A stretch of 64,000 nucleotides of DNA. Source: Dehalococcoidia bacterium. Its GTDB lineage: Bacteria > Chloroflexota > Dehalococcoidia > UBA2979. Positions within the stretch are counted from its first letter, which is position 1; the number at the start of each line of letters is the position of its first letter. The notes beneath the pieces are model-generated. The model worked only from the letters and a program-made list of their open reading frames with translations, was not told the origin of the DNA and made no database searches. Where the stretch lies: positions 1,670,227 to 1,734,226 of the forward strand of contig CBDCPB010000004.1 in the NCBI GenBank assembly GCA_965220125.1, written 5' to 3'. A program made the translations under genes and the position numbers. Positions 40,005-47,666 of the stretch are shown piece after piece.

Positions 40005-41428
40005 GCGAACTCCGGCGGCGGGTCGCGCAGGATCAGGTCCTGGAACGAGGCGGTGCGGTCGAGGAAGCGCACGGAGACGGTGCCGGTCGGGCCGTTGCGA
40101 TGCTTCGCGACGATCAGCTGTGCGATGCCGCTCGGGTGCTGGCGGCCGGACTGGTCGGGATGGGCGTCCTGCCACTCCTCGGGCGTGCGGTAGACGTCCT
40201 CGCGGTAGATGAACGTCACGATGTCCGCGTCCTGCTCGATCGAGCCGGACTCGCGCAGGTCGGACAGCATCGGGATGTGCGGGGTGCGGCTCTCCACGGC
40301 GCGCGAGAGCTGGGCGGCGGCGATCACCGGCACCTCGAGCTCGCGCGCCATCTCCTTGAGCGAACGCGTGATCTTGCCGAGCTCGGAGGCGCGGTTCTCG
40401 CTCCCGCCGCCCATCGCCGAGTGCAGCAACTGCAGGTAGTCGACGATCACGAGGTCGAGGCCGTGCTCGGCCTGGAGGCGGCGCGACTTCGCGCGGATCT
40501 CCGGCACGCTCAGCACCGCCGAGTCGTCGATGAAGATCGCGGCCTCGCCAAGCGTGCCGATCGCGTGCATGATGCGCGACTCCTCGGTCTCGTTGTGCAT
40601 GCCCAGCCGCAGCCGCGTCGCGTCCACGTCCGCCTCGGCGGAGAGCAAGCGCATCGCAAGTTGCTCGGCGGACATCTCGAGGGCGAAGACGGCGACCGTG
40701 CCGTTCTGGCCGACGGCGGCGTTGCGCGCGAAATTCAGCAGCAGCGCGGACTTCCCGACGCCGGTGCGAGCCGCCACGATGATCAGGTCGCCCCGCTTGA
40801 AGCCTCCAGTCAGTTGGTCGAAGTCCATGAACCCCGCGCGCACCGCGCCGACCAGCTCCCCCTCGACGTCCTCCCCGGGGTCCTCGAGGAACTGTTCGAG
40901 CAGGTCGCGCAGCCGCTCGAAGTCTCCGGAGCCCTCGGTGGAGCGGATGCCGAGCAGCAGGCCCTCGGCGGCGGCGATCACGCGGCCGGCGTCGGGGCCG
41001 CCCTCGTAGGCGATCTGGGCAATCTGCCCGGCCGCCTGGATCAGCCGCCGGAAGAGCGCGTCGCGGGCGACGATGCGCGCGTGCGCCTCGACGCCGGCGG
41101 CCGTGAAGTGCCGCCCGACCATCTCGGCGAGGTAGGGCTCGCCGCCGAGCGTATCGAGGCGGCCCGCGCGCTCGAGTTCGTGCGCGAGCGTGGGCAGCGT
41201 GATCGCCTCGCCGCGATCGGCGAGAGCGATGCAGGCCTCGTAGCACCAGCCGTGCTGCTCGCGGAAGAAGTCGCCCGGCTGCAGCATCGGGAGGACGCGC
41301 GGGTAGCTGTCGGGATCGAGCAGCAGGGCCGCGATGACGGCCTGCTCGGCGGAGACGTCATGAGGCGGTAACCCGCCCGCGCTGGGGCGGCGTTCGGGCC
41401 GGAGCTGCGCCGGCTGACCCGTGACCAC
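40001..41428 (-). CDS. dnaB: Replicative DNA helicase DnaB
   Basis: 475 aa; N-terminal domain SAEQAVIAALLLD; Walker A ARTGVGKSALLLNFA; RecA-like C-terminal motifs. Confidence 0.9.
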   Translation of the reverse strand: MVTGQPAQLRPERRPSAGGLPPHDVSAEQAVIAALLLDPDSYPRVLPMLQPGDFFREQHGWCYEACIALADRGEAITLPTLAHELERAGRLDTLGGEPYLAEMVGRHFTAAGVEAHARIVARDALFRRLIQAAGQIAQIAYEGGPDAGRVIAAAEGLLLGIRSTEGSGDFERLRDLLEQFLEDPGEDVEGELVGAVRAGFMDFDQLTGGFKRGDLIIVAARTGVGKSALLLNFARNAAVGQNGTVAVFALEMSAEQLAMRLLSAEADVDATRLRLGMHNETEESRIMHAIGTLGEAAIFIDDSAVLSVPEIRAKSRRLQAEHGLDLVIVDYLQLLHSAMGGGSENRASELGKITRSLKEMARELEVPVIAAAQLSRAVESRTPHIPMLSDLRESGSIEQDADIVTFIYREDVYRTPEEWQDAHPDQSGRQHPSGIAQLIVAKHRNGPTGTVSVRFLDRTASFQDLILRDPPPEFA

Positions 41429-41431
41429 GAG

Positions 41432-42108
41432 TTAGGTCGCTGCGGCGTCTCCGGAGTCCGGTGGGGTCGCGGAACCGGAGGCCACGTCATCCGCGGCGTC
41501 GCCTTCAGCGGCCGACGCCTGCGAGTCATCGATGTAGCCCGGCTCCGACACGTCTTCGGCGTTCGTCAGATCGGGGGTATCCACCCCGGCCTCCGCGCCT
41601 GCCTCGGCAGCAGCCGCTTCTGCGACGAGCGCCTCGGCGGCGTCTTCGACGCCTTCCGGCGCCTCGACGTCGACGACGACGACCTCCGCATCGGCGGTCA
41701 CATTACGCGACAGCCGCAGCGGTACGGTGTAGACCCCGACCTGGCGAATCGCCTCGGGCAGCAGTACACGACGCCTGTCCAGTTCTTCGCCGAGAATCTC
41801 CCCAGCCTTCTCGGCGATGTCAGCATTTGTGACAGAACCGTACAGACGTCCCTGCTCTCCAACGCGCACGGGCATGATCAGGCGGTGGCCTTCGAGCTTG
41901 CCGACGAGCCCTTGAGCCTGCCCGTCCAGGAGCCGTTGCCGCTCTTCCTCCTGAGTGGCGAGCGTTTCCGCTCGCCGGAGCAGAGTGGGCGTTGCCGCCG
42001 CGGCCAAGCCGCGAGGCAGCAGGTAGTTACGGGCATACCCATTGGCGACGGTTCGCACCTCGCCTCGGGTGCCCGATCCCTCAACGGTCTCCAGGAACAC
42101 GACCTTCA
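41432..42108 (-). CDS. rplI: 50S ribosomal protein L9 with an acidic C-terminal tail
   Basis: GTG at 42108 gives VKVVFLETVEGSGTRGEVRTVANGYARNYLLPRGLA.... The tail is ...AEAAAAEAGAEAGVD...DSQASAAEGDAADDVASGS.... The track ORF runs 102 codons upstream. Confidence 0.85.
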
Positions 42109-42451
42109 CGCCGAAACCCTCTCGCCGTGCCGGAGCCGGGACGCCGTTGACTATGGCGACCGCGCGTGCTGCCGGCTTGCTGGTTGTCCAAGGCCCTTTC
42201 AGTTGCTTGCGAACACTCGGACACAGCGCTGTTGACGCTGCACTCTGCCCACAGGCTATCCACGGCCACGGACCACGCGCAATGCCGGAGGCGTGCGCCA
42301 ACCCCCAATCGTCACGGCGTACGCAGTCATCGTATAAGAACGCGTGTTCCGTTGTCAAACGGATGTTCTCAGGCTGTACCATGATTCCCCTGGATCCGGC
42401 GAGCTTCCCGCCCACCCGTGGCGATATGATGCTGTGCGAGTGGAGGGCATC

Positions 42452-42988
42452 GTGACGGACGCAGTGGTCTTCAACCGGCAGAGGTTCCGCGAGGCGCTGC
42501 TCTACGTAGCGCGCGAGTCCGAGGACGACATCCGGTTCGGCCTGACGAAGCTCAACAAGATCCTCTATTTCAGTGACTTCAAGGCCTTCGCAATCCTCGG
42601 GTGCGCGATCACCGGCGCGACGTACCGGAGGCTCGACTACGGCCCCGTCCCCAGCGTGCTGCTGGACGTCCTGTGCGAGATGGAGGCCGAAGGCGAGATC
42701 CAGAGGATCGAGCGGCGCGACCTCAACCGGCTGCAGAAGCGCATCGTCCCGCTGCGATCGCCTGATCTCTCCGTGTTCTCCGACCGCGAACTGGAGATCC
42801 TCGATCGCGTGATCATGGAGTTGGGCGTGCTCGACGCCTCCCAGTCGCGCTTGCTATCTCATCTCGATGTCGGGTGGAGGATCGCCCACTACGAAGAGGT
42901 CATCCCCTACCACTCCGCCTACATCTCCGACCGCCGCCCCACCCAGCGGGAACTCGCCGAGCGCGGGCTGACGCCCGCACCGTGGTGA
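42452..42988 (+). CDS. Panacea-domain (DUF4065) putative antitoxin, second copy
   Basis: GTG at 42452 preceded by GGAGGG. VFNRQRFREALLYVARESEDDIRFGLTKLNKILYFSDFKAFAILGCAITGATYRRLDYGPVP. Lower GC than the flanks. Confidence 0.65.
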   Translation: MTDAVVFNRQRFREALLYVARESEDDIRFGLTKLNKILYFSDFKAFAILGCAITGATYRRLDYGPVPSVLLDVLCEMEAEGEIQRIERRDLNRLQKRIVPLRSPDLSVFSDRELEILDRVIMELGVLDASQSRLLSHLDVGWRIAHYEEVIPYHSAYISDRRPTQRELAERGLTPAPW

Positions 42989-43326
42989 GCGGACCAGACG
43001 ACTCGCCTGACCGGCGCGAGCCCGGCGACAACGCCAGCGTTGCATACACGCCCGCATTCGAGGCTGATCTCGCCACGCTCGTGCCCAACCAGGCTCAGCG
43101 CTTCTACTTCATGCGCGACGGCATCGAGTACCGCCTCACCCACGCAATCGATCTCCAGCAAGTCACCCCACAGCAGGGCTATCTGATCACCGAGGAGCAC
43201 ATCGCCGGCATGCCAGAGTGCGTCATCTGGTTCACGATCGCCGACGCCGAGGGCAAGAGTCCTCAGTACACACTCGACAGCATCCGCGTGCGGCAGCCCT
43301 CGCACGAGGAGGAAGATGACGCCTGA
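42985..43326 (+). CDS. Small protein overlapping the Panacea gene (GTGA), candidate toxin; faint RelE/ParE-like pattern
   Basis: 113 aa from the GTG at 42985: VSGPDDSPDRREPGDNASVAYTPAFEADLATLVPNQAQRFYFMRDGIEYRL...CVIWFTIADAEGKSPQYTLDSIRVRQ. Confidence 0.45.
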   Translation: MSGPDDSPDRREPGDNASVAYTPAFEADLATLVPNQAQRFYFMRDGIEYRLTHAIDLQQVTPQQGYLITEEHIAGMPECVIWFTIADAEGKSPQYTLDSIRVRQPSHEEEDDA

Positions 43327-43329
43327 CGC

Positions 43330-45558
43330 CTACGCCCCCACACCCAGCGCGGCGGGCAGCCCGCCCTCGTGCGCCTCGCGCAACGCGGACAGCGAGGCGT
43401 CCAGCGGGCCCAACTGCAGTCGCGCGTCCTCGCCCGTGCCGCTGGCGACGCCGAGCGTCGTCGCCTCGACGCCCGCCTCGGCTGCGAGCGCCTCGAGGGC
43501 GGTGCGGGCCTCGGCGTCGGGCGCGGCGACGATGAAGCGCGACTGCGCCTCGCCGAAGAGCGCGGAATCGAGGCGCGAGCCCAGCTCGGCCTCGCGGGCG
43601 TCGAGGCCGACGCCGCCGGCCAGGCAGCACTCGGCCAGCGCGACGGCGAGGCCGCCATCGGCACAGTCGTGGGCGGCGCTGAGCAGCCCGGCCGCATTGG
43701 CGTCGAGCACGAGCCGCTGCACGCGCGCCTCGAGGTCGAGGTCGATCGCCGGGAGACCGGCGACGAGGCCGTGGCGCGACACGAGGTACTCGCAGCCCGC
43801 GAGGGCCTGCGCGGGCTGCGCGAGCGGCGCGCCGACCAGCAGCAGCTCGTCGCCCTCGCCGATCGCGGGGGTGAGCCGCCGCTCGACATCGTCGAGCAGG
43901 CCGAGCATCCCGACGGTCGGGGTGGGCAGCACCGGTCCCGCCGGCGTCTCGTTGTAGAGCGAGGCGTTGCCGGAGACCACCGGCGTGCTGAAGGCGCGGC
44001 AGGCGTCCGCAAGCCCGAGGATCGACTGCTCGATCTGGTAGGCGATCGCGGGCCGCTCCGGGTTGCCGAAGTTGAGGCAGTCCGTCACCGCCACCGGCGT
44101 CGCGCCGACGGCGACGACGTTGCGCGCCGCCTCGGCGACCGCGCAGGCGGCGCCGACGCGCGGCTCGAGTTCGACGAGGCGGCCGTTGCAGTCGGTGGCG
44201 ACGGCGAGCGCACGGTCGGAGCCCTTCAGCCAGATCAGCGCGGCGTCGCCGCCCGGCGGTACGACGGTGCCGGTCAGCACCTCGTGGTCGTACTGGCGGT
44301 AGATCCAGCGGCGGCTCGCGAGGTTCGGCGAGGCGAGCAGCGCGAGCAGGTCGGCCGTCGGATCGCCGCAGTCCGGCAGCGCGCCGAGATCGACCGCCTG
44401 GCGGCGGTCGAGGTCCGGCGGCCGCTCGCCTTCGAGCTCGTACTGCGGCGGATCGGTGAGCACGGCGACGGGGATGCGCGCGGCGATCGTCTCGCCATCG
44501 CGGATCGTCGCGTAGCCATCGTCCGTGACCTCGCCGATCACGTCGGCGTGCAGCTCCCAGCGGCGGAACAGCGCGAGCACGTCGTCGAGGTGCTCGGCCT
44601 TGGGGATGACCAGCATCCGCTCCTGCGATTCGGACAGCATCACCTCGTCCGGCGTCATGCCCGCCTCGCGACGAGGCACGCGCGCGACATCGATGTCGAG
44701 GCCGGTTCCGGCGCGGGCGGCGGCCTCGACGGCGCTCGAGGTCAGCCCGGCCGCGCCGAGGTCCTGCAGACCCTCGACCCAGTCGCCGTGCTGTTCGGCG
44801 AGCTCTACGCAGGCCTCGAGCAGCAGCTTCTCCATGAAGGGGTTGCCGACCTGCACGGCGGGGCGGCGCTCCTCGGAGGCGTCGTCGAGCTCCACCGAGG
44901 CGAAGGTCGCGCCGTGGATACCGTCGCGGCCGGTGTCGGCGCCGACGAGGACGAGCGGGTTGCCGACACCGCGCGCCGAGGCGGAGAGCAGGTGCTCGAC
45001 GCGCCCGACGCCGAGGCACATCGCGTTGACGAGCGGGTTGCCGCCGTAGGCGGGGTCGAACTGCACCTCGCCGCCGACGGTGGGCACGCCGACGCAGTTG
45101 CCGTAGCCGCCGATGCCGGCGACGACGCCGCTGAAGAGGTGGCGGTTGCGCGCCTCGTCGAGGGGCCCGAAGCGCAGCGAGTCGAGCAGCGCGACGGGCC
45201 GCATGCCCATCGCGAAGATGTCGCGCAGGATGCCGCCGACGCCTGTGGCGGCGCCCTCGTAGGGCTCGATCGCGGAGGGGTGGTTGTGGGACTCCATCTT
45301 GAAGACGGCGCACCAGCCGTCGCCGAGGTCAATCGCGCCGGCGTTCTCGGCGCCGGCCTCGGTGAGCACGCGCGGGCCGGTGGTGGGGAAGTGGCGGAAC
45401 AGCGGGCGGGTGTGCTTATAGCCGCAGTGCTCGGACCAGAGCGCGGCGGCCATGCCCAGCTCGAGCCCGTTCGGCTCGCGGTCGAGCATCACCACGAGGC
45501 GCTGGTACTCCTCGCGCGAGAGCGCGATGCGTTCGAGGGTGGCGTCGTCTACGGACAT
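43330..45558 (-). CDS. purL: Phosphoribosylformylglycinamidine synthase subunit II
   Basis: Internal ATG at 45558; MSVDDATLERIALSREEYQRLVVMLDREPNGLELGMAAALWSEHCGYKH...; about 742 aa. Confidence 0.9.
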   Translation of the reverse strand: MSVDDATLERIALSREEYQRLVVMLDREPNGLELGMAAALWSEHCGYKHTRPLFRHFPTTGPRVLTEAGAENAGAIDLGDGWCAVFKMESHNHPSAIEPYEGAATGVGGILRDIFAMGMRPVALLDSLRFGPLDEARNRHLFSGVVAGIGGYGNCVGVPTVGGEVQFDPAYGGNPLVNAMCLGVGRVEHLLSASARGVGNPLVLVGADTGRDGIHGATFASVELDDASEERRPAVQVGNPFMEKLLLEACVELAEQHGDWVEGLQDLGAAGLTSSAVEAAARAGTGLDIDVARVPRREAGMTPDEVMLSESQERMLVIPKAEHLDDVLALFRRWELHADVIGEVTDDGYATIRDGETIAARIPVAVLTDPPQYELEGERPPDLDRRQAVDLGALPDCGDPTADLLALLASPNLASRRWIYRQYDHEVLTGTVVPPGGDAALIWLKGSDRALAVATDCNGRLVELEPRVGAACAVAEAARNVVAVGATPVAVTDCLNFGNPERPAIAYQIEQSILGLADACRAFSTPVVSGNASLYNETPAGPVLPTPTVGMLGLLDDVERRLTPAIGEGDELLLVGAPLAQPAQALAGCEYLVSRHGLVAGLPAIDLDLEARVQRLVLDANAAGLLSAAHDCADGGLAVALAECCLAGGVGLDAREAELGSRLDSALFGEAQSRFIVAAPDAEARTALEALAAEAGVEATTLGVASGTGEDARLQLGPLDASLSALREAHEGGLPAALGVGA

Positions 45559-45575
45559 CGGCACTCCCGGCGCCG

Positions 45576-46154
45576 CTACTTCAGCGAGAACGGCGGGTAG
45601 CGGTCGACGAGGAATCCGAGGTACGCGTTCACCCGTGCGTTCCAGCGGCCGACGCCGACGAGGAAGTCGAACAGCCCTCGCGGGTAGCGTCCCGTCACCA
45701 GCACGCCGATCACGAGCGGGATGAACGCCACGGTTGCGATGATCCCGAGCACGGACAGCACGATCAGGTGCGGGATGACCAGCAGCCACTTCACCAGCAC
45801 GAGCCAGCGGTTGAACTCGGGCTTCTCGACCGTGAAGGTGACGCCCTCGTAGTCCCCGTCGCCCATGCTGAACGGCGGGTAGCGGTCGAAGAAGAGGATG
45901 TAGGCGTTGACGTTCGCGCTCCAGCGATTCACGCCGACCATGAAGCCGTAGAGGCTGTCCGGGTAGGTCCTCGCGAAGAGAATCGTGAAGAACGAGATCA
46001 CCCACACGACCCCGGCGAGAAGCCCGAGGAAGTACAGCACCACGTAGTGCGGGATCGCCAGCAGCCAGCGCACCAGGATCAGCCAGCGGTTCGGAGACTC
46101 CGGATATGCAACATCGAACGTGACCGGGTAGTCGTTCATCGAATCAACACCCAA
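45576..46154 (-). CDS. DUF4389-family membrane protein (two internal repeats), paralogue 1
   Basis: Repeated motif ...NRWL.L.RWLLAIPHY.V...GRYP...F..GV.RW..RV.AY...DRYPPFS.. occurs twice in 192 aa. Confidence 0.6.
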   Translation of the reverse strand: MGVDSMNDYPVTFDVAYPESPNRWLILVRWLLAIPHYVVLYFLGLLAGVVWVISFFTILFARTYPDSLYGFMVGVNRWSANVNAYILFFDRYPPFSMGDGDYEGVTFTVEKPEFNRWLVLVKWLLVIPHLIVLSVLGIIATVAFIPLVIGVLVTGRYPRGLFDFLVGVGRWNARVNAYLGFLVDRYPPFSLK

Positions 46155-46197
46155 CGTGCACCCCTTCCGGTCTCCAGCACGTCCTTGCCTGACCTCG

Positions 46198-46860
46198 CTA
46201 CTTCAGAGAGAACGGGGGGTAGCGGTCCGTGGTCAGCAGGAAGGCGTAGGCGCTCACCCGCAGCGCCCAGCGGTTCCAACCCACCACGAAGTTGAACATC
46301 CCGCGCGGGTAGCGGCCGGTGAAGACGATCGCGAACCACGCGATCACGGTGATCGCCAGCAGGACGACCGCGAGGAACGCAAACACGATGTAGTGGGGCA
46401 ACACCAGCAGCCACTTCACCAGCGGCAGCCAGCGGTTGAGGTCGCGCTCCGCGTCCGGGTAGTCGACCTCGATGTGTACCGCCTGCTCCTCGTCGGTCGA
46501 GGGGTACTCGTCACGCAGCAGCAGGAAGTAGGCGCCCACGCGAGTAGAGAAGCGGGTCAGTTCGACGTTCCAGTCGAACCACCAGCGCGGGTACTTGCGC
46601 CGGAACACGATCATGAGCAGTACGGGCAGGAAGACGACGCCGCCCGCCGAGACGACGGCGATCAGGGTTTCGACGGCCATCAGGATTTCGTCGAACTGCT
46701 GAGTGTTCGACCCGCCGCCGCCGGTCAGCACGCCAAGCACGACGACAATCGGGATCGCCAGGATCAGGCGGAACAGCGTGGTGACGCGGTTCAGCCCCTG
46801 CTCGGGGTAGTCGATCTCCAGCCGGGCCGGGTAGGCCGGCCTCGTCAAGTCAGCAGCCAC
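46198..46860 (-). CDS. DUF4389-family membrane protein, paralogue 2
   Basis: Same duplicated architecture as 45576..46154; both end in DRYPPFSLK. Confidence 0.6.
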   Translation of the reverse strand: MAADLTRPAYPARLEIDYPEQGLNRVTTLFRLILAIPIVVVLGVLTGGGGSNTQQFDEILMAVETLIAVVSAGGVVFLPVLLMIVFRRKYPRWWFDWNVELTRFSTRVGAYFLLLRDEYPSTDEEQAVHIEVDYPDAERDLNRWLPLVKWLLVLPHYIVFAFLAVVLLAITVIAWFAIVFTGRYPRGMFNFVVGWNRWALRVSAYAFLLTTDRYPPFSLK

Positions 46861-46884
46861 GACGCACTCTCCTTCCGGGCGGCT

Positions 46885-47589
46885 TCAGGCCGCCGCGATC
46901 TTCGCCTCGAGCCGCGCGAGGGCGGACTGCCAGATCGCGTTGCCGTCCTCGCCGCCGAGCAGCGGCGCTGCCGCGCGCTCCGGGTGCGGCATCATACCTA
47001 GCACGTTGCCTTCCGCGTTGAGCACGCCCGCTATGTTCGCGACCGAGCCGTTGGGATTCGCCTCGGGAGTGACGAGGCCCTCCGCCGTACAGTAGCGGAA
47101 GGCGACGCTGCGCTGCGCTTCAAGCGCCTCGAGCGTGGCGGGATCGGCGAAGTAGTTGCCCTCGCCGTGCGAGATCGGCACCTGCAGCACGCGGCCGGGC
47201 TCGATCCCCGCGGTGAACGGCGAGCTGTGCTCCGCGGCAACGAGGTGGACGGGCTGGCAGCGGAACTGCAGCGAGGCGTTGCGCATCAGCACGCCGGGCA
47301 GCATCCCCGCCTCGCAGAGGATCTGGAAGCCGTTGCAGATGCCGATTGTCAGGCCGCCTGCCTCGGCGTGCGCACGCACCGCCTGCATCACGGGTGAGAA
47401 GCGCGCGATCGCGCCGCAGCGCAGGTAGTCCCCGTACGAGAAGCCGCCGGGCAGCACGACCAGCTCCGCATCGCCGAGGTCGGTCTCGCGATGCCAGACG
47501 CGGTAGGCGTCGACGCCCAGCCGCCCGAGGGCGAACAGGCAGTCGCCGTCGCTCCAACTGCCGGGGAAGACCACGACCGCAGCCCGCAC
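46885..47589 (-). CDS. purQ: Phosphoribosylformylglycinamidine synthase subunit I (glutaminase)
   Basis: 234 aa; MRAAVVVFPGS..., catalytic GICNGFQ, and HGEGN. Confidence 0.9.
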   Translation of the reverse strand: MRAAVVVFPGSWSDGDCLFALGRLGVDAYRVWHRETDLGDAELVVLPGGFSYGDYLRCGAIARFSPVMQAVRAHAEAGGLTIGICNGFQILCEAGMLPGVLMRNASLQFRCQPVHLVAAEHSSPFTAGIEPGRVLQVPISHGEGNYFADPATLEALEAQRSVAFRYCTAEGLVTPEANPNGSVANIAGVLNAEGNVLGMMPHPERAAAPLLGGEDGNAIWQSALARLEAKIAAA

Positions 47590-47666
47590 CGACGCTCCTC
47601 AACTCCCCGGGGGTATCGCGAGTATAGGGCGTGAGCCCGCCGGGGCGGGAATCGCGCCTGCTGCGG

